Shown: positions 8,905-18,326 of the stretch, one piece after another | Position numbering within the stretch: position 1 is the first letter of the stretch | Layout: every line of letters begins with the position of its first letter | Assembly: GCA_029258825.1 (NCBI GenBank) | Contig: JAPDKA010000001.1 | Coordinates: 101,797-165,796 of the forward strand | Origin: an archaeon | Lineage (GTDB): Archaea; Nanobdellota; Nanobdellia; Pacearchaeales; JAPDKA01 | Reading direction: 5' to 3' | Length of the DNA stretch: 64,000 bases | Translations under genes and position numbers: made by a program | Notes under the pieces: model-generated | What the model was told of the DNA's origin: nothing | Database searches by the model: none | What the model saw: the letters and a program-made list of their open reading frames with translations, nothing else

Positions 8905-11874
8905 ATGGTTTTTGAAAGATTGTTGCAAAAACTTAAAGAGGAAGTAAGTGATGAAGAAAAAGAGGAAATAGAAAGATTTGAGAGATATTTCTTAAATAGG
9001 CTTAGTGATAAGGAAAAGCAAGAATACGGGCATATATTTGAAGAGCTGTTTAAGGTTATGAGTGGGGAAGCACAAGCTGAGTTGGTTAGTAGGGCTGGAT
9101 ATATTGCTGAAGATAAATCTGTTGATAGAGCTATTGAGTATGTGAAGGCTATGAATGAGAATAGGGAAGTATTAGGGGAGTTGTTTAAGGTTATGAGTGG
9201 GGAAGCACAGGCTGGGTTGGTTGGTTGGGCTGGAGAGATTGCTAAAGATAAATCTGTTGATATGGCTATCAAGTATGTGAAGGCTATGAATGAGAATAGG
9301 GAAGTATTAGGGGAGTTGTTTAAGGTTATGAGCGGGGAAGCACAAGCTGAGTTGGTTTGTTGGGCTGGAAGTATTGCTGAAGATGAATCTGTTGATAGAG
9401 CTATTGAGTATGTGAAGGCTATGAATGAGAATAGGGAAGTGTTTAAGGTTATGAGTGGGGAAGCACAGGCTAAGTTGGTTGGTTGGGCTGGAAGTACTGC
9501 TAAATATGAATCTGTTGATAGGGTTATTGAGTATGTAAAGGCTATGAATGAGAATAGGGAAGTATTAGGGGAGTTGTTTAAGGTTATGAGTGGGGAAGCG
9601 CAAGCTGAGTTGGTTAGTAGGGCTGGAAGTATTGCTGAAGATAAATCTGTTGATAGAGCTATTGAGTATGTGAAGGCTATGAATGAGAATAGGGAAGTAT
9701 TAGGGGAGTTGTTTAAGGTTATGAGTGGGGAAGCACAGGCTGGGTTGGTTGGTGGGGCTGGATATATTGCTAAATATGAATCTGTTGATAGGGTTATTGG
9801 GTATGTAAAGGCTATGAATGAGAATAGGGAAGTATTAGGGGAGTTGTTTAAGGTTATGAGTGGGGAAGCGCAAGCTGAGTTGGTTGGTAGGGCTGGATAT
9901 ATTGCTAGATGGGAATCTGTTGATAGGGCTATTGAGTATGTGAAGGCTATGAATGAGAATAGAGAAGCATTAGGGGAGTTGTTTAAGGTTATGAGTGGGG
10001 AAGCACAGGTTGAGTTGGTTAGTAGGGCTGGAGAGATTGCTAAAGATAAATCTGTTGATATGGCTATCAAGTATGTGAAGGCTATGAATGAGAATAGGGA
10101 AGTGTTTAAGGTTATGAGTGGGAAAGCACAGGCTAAGTTGGTTGGTGGGGCTGGAAGTATTGCTGAAGATAAATCTGTTGATAGAGCTATTGAGTATGTG
10201 AAGGCTATGAATGAGAATAGGGAAGTGTTTAAGGTTATGGGTGGGGAAGCACAGGCTAAGTTGGTTGGTTGGGCTGGAAGTATTGCTGAATATGAATCTG
10301 TTGATAGAGCTATTGAGTATGTGAAGGCTATGAATGAGAATAGGGAAGTATTAGGGGAGTTGTTTAAGGTTATGAGTGGGGAAGCACAGGCTAAGTTGGT
10401 TAGTGGGGCTGGATATATTGCTAGAGATAAATCTGTTGATAAAGCCATTGGTTATATTAAACTATTCAAGAATATTACAAACAAAAAGATAAAGGAAAAG
10501 GATTTAAAAAGAATAGAAGGATTAACCAAAGAGGTTGATTTTTCTGCTAATGATTTGGAAAAGCTTGAAAAAGAAAAAGGGGATGTCTATGAAAAAGCAA
10601 GAAGGCTTGTTACTTATGCAAAACTAAAGCAAAATGGTATAGAAATAAGCAAGCCTTCTTTAAGCAAGGAATGGCAGCAGGAAGCTTATGAGAAAGGTTT
10701 AAGCTATGTAAGCCAAAAGTTTGGCATTGATAATCCTGAAGTTGTTGTTAAGGAAATTGATGATGTTTTGCAATTCACTTTAATTCCTGGTAAATATACT
10801 GAAGAGGTTGGAGAATTGTTTAATAATATAGAGAAAATTGAAAAAGAAAAGAGTAAGGAGTATAAACTTGGAAAGGTTTATCATAATAAAAAAATAGCTG
10901 CTGTAAAAACAGAAGCAAAACCAGAAGAGCTTGTTGATTATTTTGTTAAGGCAATGATTGGAAGGTGGGCAAAGATAAAGCCTACTGCTAAAGGGAAGTT
11001 AGGTGTTTACTTTGCTGGGGAAGGGGAAAAGAAAAGGGAAAGCATTAAGCTTGCTAGAGAATTGCTAAGCAGTTTTGAAGGGAGCAAAAAGTTGAAACAA
11101 GCTATGATTTATGTTAGGAGTTGTGAAAAGCCTGAAAAGATATTTAAGGATATTAAGCAGGATTATCAGAAATTAAAGCAAGGTGATAAGGAAGCTGGTT
11201 TAAAGATTTTAGAATATTTTCAGAAAAAGTTTGTTGAGCCTGGATTGCCTGAAAAAGTAGAGCCACTAAGTGATATTATTGATAGCATTAAGGGTTTGTA
11301 TGGGTTAAAAACAGAGGGTTATGTTGCTGAAACTATAGAGATGGAAAAGCCAGGAATTGATTTTTTATTTGATTCAAGCAAAACATCTTGCTGTGCTTTT
11401 ATGCCAAATGGTGCTAATAAAGAGGCAAGCCTTATTTATCTTGCTGATAGGGATGTTGGACTGCTTAAGTATAAGCTTGTTGGTTTTGATAATAGCAAGG
11501 AAGATGCTGGTGTTGCAATAATGGTCAAGTGTAAGGATAAAGATGGCAATAAAGTCTTGCTTGTTGATTCTGTTGAGTTTAACAGTGCTTTGAGGGATAG
11601 CATTAAAGGTTGGAGGGAAAAGTTTTATGATGCTATCCTTAGAGCTGCTAAGGATAGCAATGTTGATTATGTTGTGTTTAATGTTGATGTTGCCAATGCC
11701 AGTCCTCAAGCATTTAACAGAATGCTTGAAAGTAAAGGGGTAAAAAAGAAAGAAATTTATCTTGAAAAGCTTCATGAGTTGCCTCAAGATGTTGATGAAA
11801 CATACCTTGAGGCTTTTGGCGGGTGGGAAAAGCCAAAAGGGAAGGTGGAGGGATATATTGTTGAAGTAAAGTAA
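8905..11874 (+). CDS. Large helical tandem-repeat protein with C-terminal Cys-Cys alpha/beta domain
   Basis: 989 aa; 11 repeats at about aa 48-517; no signal peptide or TM; C-terminal TSCCAF...VLLVDSVEF...YLEAFGGW. Confidence 0.9.
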   Translation: MVFERLLQKLKEEVSDEEKEEIERFERYFLNRLSDKEKQEYGHIFEELFKVMSGEAQAELVSRAGYIAEDKSVDRAIEYVKAMNENREVLGELFKVMSGEAQAGLVGWAGEIAKDKSVDMAIKYVKAMNENREVLGELFKVMSGEAQAELVCWAGSIAEDESVDRAIEYVKAMNENREVFKVMSGEAQAKLVGWAGSTAKYESVDRVIEYVKAMNENREVLGELFKVMSGEAQAELVSRAGSIAEDKSVDRAIEYVKAMNENREVLGELFKVMSGEAQAGLVGGAGYIAKYESVDRVIGYVKAMNENREVLGELFKVMSGEAQAELVGRAGYIARWESVDRAIEYVKAMNENREALGELFKVMSGEAQVELVSRAGEIAKDKSVDMAIKYVKAMNENREVFKVMSGKAQAKLVGGAGSIAEDKSVDRAIEYVKAMNENREVFKVMGGEAQAKLVGWAGSIAEYESVDRAIEYVKAMNENREVLGELFKVMSGEAQAKLVSGAGYIARDKSVDKAIGYIKLFKNITNKKIKEKDLKRIEGLTKEVDFSANDLEKLEKEKGDVYEKARRLVTYAKLKQNGIEISKPSLSKEWQQEAYEKGLSYVSQKFGIDNPEVVVKEIDDVLQFTLIPGKYTEEVGELFNNIEKIEKEKSKEYKLGKVYHNKKIAAVKTEAKPEELVDYFVKAMIGRWAKIKPTAKGKLGVYFAGEGEKKRESIKLARELLSSFEGSKKLKQAMIYVRSCEKPEKIFKDIKQDYQKLKQGDKEAGLKILEYFQKKFVEPGLPEKVEPLSDIIDSIKGLYGLKTEGYVAETIEMEKPGIDFLFDSSKTSCCAFMPNGANKEASLIYLADRDVGLLKYKLVGFDNSKEDAGVAIMVKCKDKDGNKVLLVDSVEFNSALRDSIKGWREKFYDAILRAAKDSNVDYVVFNVDVANASPQAFNRMLESKGVKKKEIYLEKLHELPQDVDETYLEAFGGWEKPKGKVEGYIVEVK
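9043..10455 (+). repeat. Intragenic tandem repeat, 135-bp and 123-bp units, 11 copies
   Basis: Units begin at 9067, 9202, 9337, 9460, 9595, 9730, 9865, 10000, 10123, 10246 and 10381; units 3, 8 and 9 lack 12 bp (LGEL). Confidence 0.97.
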
Positions 11875-11912
11875 AAAGAAAAATTTTTAAATTATTAAAG
11901 AGTAAATAGACT

Positions 11913-12221
11913 ATGGAAGAAGAATATAAAAAGTATATAGATAAACTGAAAAAATCATTTAAAGGATTTGGAGAAGAGAATGTCAAAAGACTTATCTATA
12001 GTGTAAGTGCCATTGGGGATAAAGAAAAAGCTAAAGAATATATAAATCAACTCGTAAAGGCTGCAAAAGCTATAAGGCAATATCCGGTAGACGAAGAAGT
12101 AAAAAAATATATCAAATTAGAAAATTGGGTAAAAGCAGGGGGAAACAAGTTATCCAAAAAAGAAGCTGAAGAATATATAAAATCTGTTCTGAAAGCTCTA
12201 AAGGATTTAACAAAAAAATAA
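11913..12221 (+). CDS. Small helical protein resembling degenerate units of the upstream repeat
   Basis: EYINQLVKAAKAIRQYPVDEEVKKYIKL aligns without gaps to EAQAKLVSGAGYIARDKSVDKAIGYIKL. Confidence 0.7.
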   Translation: MEEEYKKYIDKLKKSFKGFGEENVKRLIYSVSAIGDKEKAKEYINQLVKAAKAIRQYPVDEEVKKYIKLENWVKAGGNKLSKKEAEEYIKSVLKALKDLTKK

Positions 12222-12352
12222 AGCACAAATAAGTTCTAAAAAATATTTATAAAGCTGAAAAAGTAAACACAAGCATGCAAGCAGGGCAACCAATAAGAAA
12301 AACATACAAATTATGGATTTCTAACATAGTTGCGTAACGAACAAGCTAAAAA

Positions 12353-12844
12353 ATGAAGATAGAAAAAATAGAAAAATACAATAGAAAGATCGGAAATGAA
12401 ATTGTTAAGGTTGAGAAAAAGCGCTTTGGAGATATGGCTTCTGACATTGAAGATTTAGAGAGGACATTTAAAGATAAGGATAGCATTTTGATTGTTGCTA
12501 AAGAAAATGGTAAGGTAATTGGTTATATAGCTGGATTGCCATTAAGCAAAGCCTATGATTGGCTCTCCATTTATGATAAAGCCCTAAAACCTGAAAAAAA
12601 GACTTTCTATGTTGAGAGCATTGCCATATTACCAGGTTATAGGAATGTATTTCAGAAGTTAATAAAAAAATTGTATGAAGAAGTTAAAAAGAGAGGTTAC
12701 AAAAAAATTGCTGTTCATGCAAGAAAACAAAATAAGTTAAGTGATGTAATGCAAAAAAGGTATGGCATGAAATACGTTAGGACTCTACACGATTGGTTCG
12801 ATTGGGGTGGGGATTTTGACTATTTAGAAAAGAAAATTGAATGA
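12353..12844 (+). CDS. GNAT family N-acetyltransferase
   Basis: IVAKENGKVIGYI, FYVESIAILPGYR, KKRGYKKIAVHAR. Confidence 0.85.
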   Translation: MKIEKIEKYNRKIGNEIVKVEKKRFGDMASDIEDLERTFKDKDSILIVAKENGKVIGYIAGLPLSKAYDWLSIYDKALKPEKKTFYVESIAILPGYRNVFQKLIKKLYEEVKKRGYKKIAVHARKQNKLSDVMQKRYGMKYVRTLHDWFDWGGDFDYLEKKIE

Positions 12845-12919
12845 AAAAGTTTAACATCGATAAAAATACAAAAAAGTTCCTTCCATTAACTTTTTAAAAC
12901 AAAACAATTATGGATAATT

Positions 12920-14683
12920 ATGCAAACCTACTTCTTGCAAACACTAAAACAAAAAATAGCTGAACAAATAGTAGCAGCACTAAGGCAAGTTGCAATAGAA
13001 AGGGGCACAGACATTAATATTAATGTAAAGGATATATTGAACTTAATCGAAAAACCAAAAGCTGATTATGGCGATCTTGCTTTGCCGTGTTTTCATTTTG
13101 TAAGGCAACTTAAAGCTAGCCCTGACTTTATTGCAGAAAAACTGAAAAAACGACTTGAACAAGTAAAGCCTAAATACATAGCCAAGATAGAACAAGAAAA
13201 AGCATATGTCAACTTTTTCTTTGATTATACAGCATTGCTTGATGCTATAGAAGAAATTTCAAGCAAGGGTTATGGAAGCAAACAAGCAACAAAACAATTA
13301 CGCGTTATGATCGAATACAGCAGCCCTAACACTAATAAACCATTGCATTTAGGGCATTTACGTAATGATTGTATTGGGATGGCGCTAGCCAATTTACTTG
13401 AGTTTTATGGCTATAAGGTTATTAAGGCAATGTTGCTGAACGACAAAGGGTTGCCAATATTCAAAGTGATTGCTGCACTTGAATTAAGCAAGTATAAAAC
13501 ACCGAGACAGGCAAACATGAAACCGGATCATTTTGTTGGTTGGTTGTATGTGTTGTTTGAACAACAAGCAAAACAGAATGAACAACTTATCGAGAAAGCA
13601 CGAAAATTGATGCAAAAATTTGAATCAGGCGATAAGCATGTTGTTGCTCTATGGCGTAAAGTTAATGCGTGGGCCTGGCAAGGAATGAAGCAAACATACA
13701 ATATTATCGGTAGTAAGTTTGATGTGATATTTAAAGAGAGTAAGTTTTACAAGAAGGCTAACAAATATATTGAAGCTGGGTTGAAGCTGGGTGTATTTAA
13801 GCAAACGGAAAAAGGTGTTGAGGCTAGTTTAAGCAATTATGGTTTGCCTGATAAAGTTGTATTAAGAAAAGATAACACAAGTGTATACATAACAACAGAC
13901 ATTGCATTGAGCATTTACAAATTTGAAAAATTCAAACTAGATAAGAGCATATGGGTTGTAGCCAATGAACAACAGCTGTATTTTAAACAACTTTTCAAAA
14001 TTCTTGAGTTGCTCGGTTATGATTGGGCAAAACAAGATTGCATACATCTTGCTTATGGTTTAGTATTGCTGCATGAAGGAAAAATGAAAAGTAGAGAAGG
14101 TAATGTTATCGATGCTGATCAACTTATTGAAGAAGTAAAAGAACTTGCAAAACAAGAACTAGCAAAAAGAAATGTTAACGTAAACGGTGTTGTCGGCAAA
14201 CAAAGAGCATTAAGCATTGCACTTGCTGCAATAAAATATTACTTTCTCAAAGTTGATTGTATGAAAGATGTGTTGTTTGATAAAAAAGCTGCAATTGACT
14301 TTGAAGGATTTACTGGGCCATATTTGCTTTATAGCTATGTTAGGGCAAAGAGTATAATTAAAAAAGGAAAAATAAATACAAAGCAAATTCTTAAGCAACG
14401 TTCAACTACAAACCAAATGGAAAAACAAGAAAAGGAACTGCTGAGATTGCTTCTAGAGTTTCCAGATGTAGTTAAGGATGCTGCAACAAAATTGAAGCCA
14501 GATATACTTGCAATTTATGCTTATAAACTAGCGCAGTGCTTTAATACATTTTATGCAGAACTGCCAGTGCTTCATGCAGACAAAAGCGAAAGAATAAAAA
14601 GACTAAAGTTAGTGATAGCATTTACCAACGTGATGCGTTTATGCTTGAAACTGCTTAATCTGCCAATAATTGATGAGATGTAA
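12920..14683 (+). CDS. argS: Arginyl-tRNA synthetase
   Basis: EYSSPNTNKPLHLGHLRN, KMKSREG, GPYLLYSYVRA. Confidence 0.97.
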   Translation: MQTYFLQTLKQKIAEQIVAALRQVAIERGTDININVKDILNLIEKPKADYGDLALPCFHFVRQLKASPDFIAEKLKKRLEQVKPKYIAKIEQEKAYVNFFFDYTALLDAIEEISSKGYGSKQATKQLRVMIEYSSPNTNKPLHLGHLRNDCIGMALANLLEFYGYKVIKAMLLNDKGLPIFKVIAALELSKYKTPRQANMKPDHFVGWLYVLFEQQAKQNEQLIEKARKLMQKFESGDKHVVALWRKVNAWAWQGMKQTYNIIGSKFDVIFKESKFYKKANKYIEAGLKLGVFKQTEKGVEASLSNYGLPDKVVLRKDNTSVYITTDIALSIYKFEKFKLDKSIWVVANEQQLYFKQLFKILELLGYDWAKQDCIHLAYGLVLLHEGKMKSREGNVIDADQLIEEVKELAKQELAKRNVNVNGVVGKQRALSIALAAIKYYFLKVDCMKDVLFDKKAAIDFEGFTGPYLLYSYVRAKSIIKKGKINTKQILKQRSTTNQMEKQEKELLRLLLEFPDVVKDAATKLKPDILAIYAYKLAQCFNTFYAELPVLHADKSERIKRLKLVIAFTNVMRLCLKLLNLPIIDEM

Positions 14684-14751
14684 TTGCAAAATAAATCGAA
14701 AAATATTTAAATAAGTTACTACTATAAAATTTAAACTAAAATCTGTTAAAA

Positions 14752-15135
14752 ATGAGAATAGAAGATTTACTAAAAGAAAAGAACAAAATAGTAGTAATCA
14801 TTGGACAACAAATAGATACAGAAAAATTTGGTTTAGAAGCCACAACTATTATGCATTATGAAAAATATACAGATTTTATGGAAGTGCTAGCACTTGAACA
14901 AAAAAGAGATCAAGTGTTTCAAGAAGATAAAAAAGGAATTATAATATTTAATCACGCGAAAGATGAGCACTTTAAAAAAGATATTATACTAACACTTAAA
15001 TTGATGTATGATAGTTGGAAGTTGGAAGGTTGGTATTACGGAACATACAAAAATGGGGAAATAGAAATCAAAAAATTAGAAACCATTTCTCAAGAAGAAT
15101 TCAAAAAGTTACAAGAAGAATCCTATAAAGATTAA
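14752..15135 (+). CDS. Hypothetical protein
   Basis: 127-aa ORF with its own TATA-like element upstream. Confidence 0.6.
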   Translation: MRIEDLLKEKNKIVVIIGQQIDTEKFGLEATTIMHYEKYTDFMEVLALEQKRDQVFQEDKKGIIIFNHAKDEHFKKDIILTLKLMYDSWKLEGWYYGTYKNGEIEIKKLETISQEEFKKLQEESYKD

Positions 15136-15143
15136 AGAATAAA

Positions 15144-16337
15144 TCAAAACACATAAATTTTTGCTTTTTTTATTGCATCGTCTTCGAGCTTTTTTAAGTT
15201 AAACTTATCGCATAAATAGTTGTAAAATTGCTCAACAATTTCTGGTTTGGCGTTTGTTGCAGGATGTTTTGCGATCATCAAACTACAACAATCTTCATAT
15301 GGCATTATGCTTAAATCATAGGTGCCAATCATTTTTGCAAGTTGTGTTATTTCTTGTTTATTGTATGCTATTAACGGTGTCAATACTGCTAAATCGCTTG
15401 CTTGATAAATACAATTTAAATTGCTTAATGTTTGACTTGCAACTTGGCCTATGCTGTCGCCGGTTACTATTGCTTTTGCTTTCTCACTTTGTGCTATTTT
15501 GTTTGCAATTTTCATCATTACAAACCTATAAACGAGCATCCTATATTTTGGTTTAACACCTGCAATAATGCTAAATTGCAATTCTTTGAACGGCACCATA
15601 TAAAGCTTTATGTTAGCCACATTACTTAACTGTTTTATTATGCGCACGACTTTATCTTTAACAATACCACTTGATTTAGTAAAATTGTGGAAATGTACTG
15701 CAACAATGCTGCAGCCCCTTTTCATTGCTAAAAATGCAGCAACAGGACTGTCTATGCCGCCTGAAATTAAAGCAACAATTTTACCAGCAGTTGAAACAGG
15801 CAAACCGCCAATTCCTTTGTGTTTATGGCTGTACAATATTGCATATTTTTTTGTAATTTCAACATAAAATTTTTTACCATTTTTTAGATCGACATTAACA
15901 TCAAAGCTGCAACGTTTCTTAATAAATTTCGCAAGTTCTGTCTTTATTTGTAAAGACGTCAAAGGAAATTGTTTGTAGCTGCGTTTCACCTCAATACAGA
16001 ACGCATCAAATTTTTCCTGTTTATATGCATTGACAAATAAATCGAAAAACCTTTGCTTTATTTCATCAAAATTAACATTGCACAATTCAACAAAAGCAAA
16101 ATCTGAAATTCCTGGTGTGATCGCCAATAATTTTGTTATTAGCTCTTTGTTTGCCTGCTTTGTTTTTGCTGATTTATTTTTGATATGCAACAGCAATCTC
16201 GTCTCAACTTTCTCAATTTCAACATTGATGTTGTGTTTATTCAATACTTGTTTTATATTGCTTACTAGTTTATTCTCAAAACTAGCCCGGTTTAGCCCTT
16301 TCAAAGCTATTTCTGCATAATGAACTAGCACATGCAT
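15144..16337 (-). CDS. thiI: tRNA 4-thiouridine synthase
   Basis: YAEIALKGLNR, THUMP domain, PP-loop SGGIDSPVA, GQVASQT, EDCC. Confidence 0.95.
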   Translation of the reverse strand: MHVLVHYAEIALKGLNRASFENKLVSNIKQVLNKHNINVEIEKVETRLLLHIKNKSAKTKQANKELITKLLAITPGISDFAFVELCNVNFDEIKQRFFDLFVNAYKQEKFDAFCIEVKRSYKQFPLTSLQIKTELAKFIKKRCSFDVNVDLKNGKKFYVEITKKYAILYSHKHKGIGGLPVSTAGKIVALISGGIDSPVAAFLAMKRGCSIVAVHFHNFTKSSGIVKDKVVRIIKQLSNVANIKLYMVPFKELQFSIIAGVKPKYRMLVYRFVMMKIANKIAQSEKAKAIVTGDSIGQVASQTLSNLNCIYQASDLAVLTPLIAYNKQEITQLAKMIGTYDLSIMPYEDCCSLMIAKHPATNAKPEIVEQFYNYLCDKFNLKKLEDDAIKKAKIYVF

Positions 16338-16420
16338 AAAAAAACAAGAAGGCTTAGCTTTAAAAGTATTTCCAGATTTGAATAATAATATTTAAATAAT
16401 TGATCAAAAAATAAAAACAT

Positions 16421-16656
16421 ATGAAACATAAGCACATCCCTTCGACAAAAGAAATTGTTAAAGTATTAATAAAATTAGGATTCTACTTAAGTAGAACAAA
16501 AAAAATATAATAATGGAACATGAAAATTTTAAAGGTAAAAAGAGGGTAGTAACTATCCCTCGAAGGAAAGAGATAGTGTTTAAAACATTTATGAGTATAC
16601 TAAGGCAAGCGGGCCTAAGTAAAGAAGAATTTTTAGAACAGTTAAAAAAATTATAA
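16421..16656 (+). pseudogene. hicA: HicA-like toxin, frameshifted in an A8 run
   Basis: MKHKHIPSTKEIVKVLIKLGFYLSRTKK / IIMEHENFKGKKRVVTIPRRKEIVFKTFMSILRQAGLSKEEF; one extra nt in 16498-16505 restores the frame. Confidence 0.75.
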
Positions 16657-16911
16657 AAAAATTCTTGTAATCATCGGAAATGCTGTTTGTTCCTTTCTTT
16701 TTTCTTCAATTAACATTTTTCTGAATTCAGGGTCTTTTTCCAAATGAATCTGTAAAGCCTCTTTTAAGTTCTCTATAGCCTCTTCATAGGTATCACCTTC
16801 ACTAACAATGCCTGTAGTTATCTCTTCTGCAACAAACACAAAGCCTGACTTAGTTTTCTCTTTTGTTACAACAATATCGAAACTCAATCCACGTAATTTT
16901 TTACTTACCAT
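16651..16911 (-). CDS. hicB: HicB-like antitoxin
   Basis: GIVSEGDTYEEAIENLKEALQIHLE. Confidence 0.85.
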   Translation of the reverse strand: MVSKKLRGLSFDIVVTKEKTKSGFVFVAEEITTGIVSEGDTYEEAIENLKEALQIHLEKDPEFRKMLIEEKRKEQTAFPMITRIFL

Positions 16912-17020
16912 ATTTACTTAATTGATCAAAACTTTTATAAAACTTTCCCTAACAAAAAGCAAAAATTTAAAAGTTAAAAAACATAAAGCAATTAAGATAG
17001 TAATTAAAAAAGAGGTGAAA

Positions 17021-18319
17021 ATGGGTTATGTTGAACTGAAGTATAAACCAAAACAGGATGATGTAGTTTGTTTGTTTTATGTTGAACCAGCAGGAATTAG
17101 CTTAAAAAAAGCTGCTGAACATGTTGCGGCAGAATCAAGCATAGGAACATGGACAGATGTAAAAACATTAAGCGAAAGCATTAAAAAAAGATTAAAGGCG
17201 AGAGTATTTAGCATTGATGTAAGAAAAAAAATAATAAAAATAGCATATCCTATCGAGTTGTTCGAGCTTGGCAATGTACCGCAGTTACTAAGCAGTATTG
17301 CAGGAAATATCTTTGGTATGAAAGCTGTAAAAAATCTAAGGCTTCTTGATGTTAGATTGCCCCAAGAATACATAAAACATTTTTCAGGCCCGCAATTTGG
17401 TGTACATGGAATAAGAAGATTGCTCAACATAAGTAAAAGGCCATTATTAGGTACTATAATCAAACCAAAACTTGGGCTTAATGAAAAACACCATGCAAAA
17501 ACTGCCTATCACGCATGGATCGGTGGTTGTGATATTGTTAAAGATGATGAAAACCTAACAAACATGCGCTTCAACAAATTTGCTGATAGAGTCATCGAAA
17601 CGCTTAGCATGCGTGATAAAGCTCAAGATGAAACAGGAGAGATAAAAGTATACATGCCAAATGTTACTGCAGAAACAATACAAATGCTTGAACGTGTAGA
17701 ATTTGTGAAGCAACAAGGTGGCAAGTATGTTATGGTTGATATCATTACTGTGGGCTTTAGTGCATTACAAACATTAAGAAAAGCGACAGGAAACTACAAG
17801 CTAGTACTGCATGCGCATAGAGCAATGCACGCGGCAATGACGCGCAATAAAAAGCATGGTGTAAGTATGCTAACAATAGCAAAATTATGTAGACTTATCG
17901 GTGTTGATCAACTTCACATAGGAACAATCATAGGAAAAATGGAAGGCTCAAATGAAGTGCTTGCAATACACAATGAACTGCAAGAAGCAATAATAAAACA
18001 AGTTGTAGTAAAAGAAAAAAACTATACTTACTCTTTACTTGAACAGAAATGGCTGCTTAAGCCTGTATTTAGTGTATGTTCGGGAGGATTATGTCCTTTG
18101 CATGTTCCAAAACTTATGCAATTATTTGGCAATAACATAATTATACAAATGGGCGGCGGCATTCATGGACATCCTAAAGGCACTATTGCAGGAGCAAAAG
18201 CAGCAAGACAAGCAATAGACGCTGTTATGCAAGGAACAAAGATTAAACAATACGCAAGAACGCATAAAGAACTTGGCCTAGCATTAAAGAAGTGGCAAAC
18301 AAAAGTAAGATTGAAATAG
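17021..18319 (+). CDS. rbcL: RuBisCO large subunit, form III-type
   Basis: AAESSIGTW, GTIIKPKLGL, DIVKDDENL, HAHRAMH, GKMEG, SGG, GGGIHGHP; SD gaggtga precedes ATG 17021. Confidence 0.95.
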   Translation: MGYVELKYKPKQDDVVCLFYVEPAGISLKKAAEHVAAESSIGTWTDVKTLSESIKKRLKARVFSIDVRKKIIKIAYPIELFELGNVPQLLSSIAGNIFGMKAVKNLRLLDVRLPQEYIKHFSGPQFGVHGIRRLLNISKRPLLGTIIKPKLGLNEKHHAKTAYHAWIGGCDIVKDDENLTNMRFNKFADRVIETLSMRDKAQDETGEIKVYMPNVTAETIQMLERVEFVKQQGGKYVMVDIITVGFSALQTLRKATGNYKLVLHAHRAMHAAMTRNKKHGVSMLTIAKLCRLIGVDQLHIGTIIGKMEGSNEVLAIHNELQEAIIKQVVVKEKNYTYSLLEQKWLLKPVFSVCSGGLCPLHVPKLMQLFGNNIIIQMGGGIHGHPKGTIAGAKAARQAIDAVMQGTKIKQYARTHKELGLALKKWQTKVRLK

Positions 18320-18326
18320 AACAATT

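Noticed and set aside
8853-10448. 531-aa antisense ORF over the repeat array
   Set aside because: Mirror of the repeat. One stop-free unit repeated 11 times on a C-poor strand explains the open frame; no independent evidence of coding.
9043-10455. Possible CRISPR array
   Set aside because: Units are in-frame 135/123-bp coding repeats without unique spacers, and no cas genes are present.
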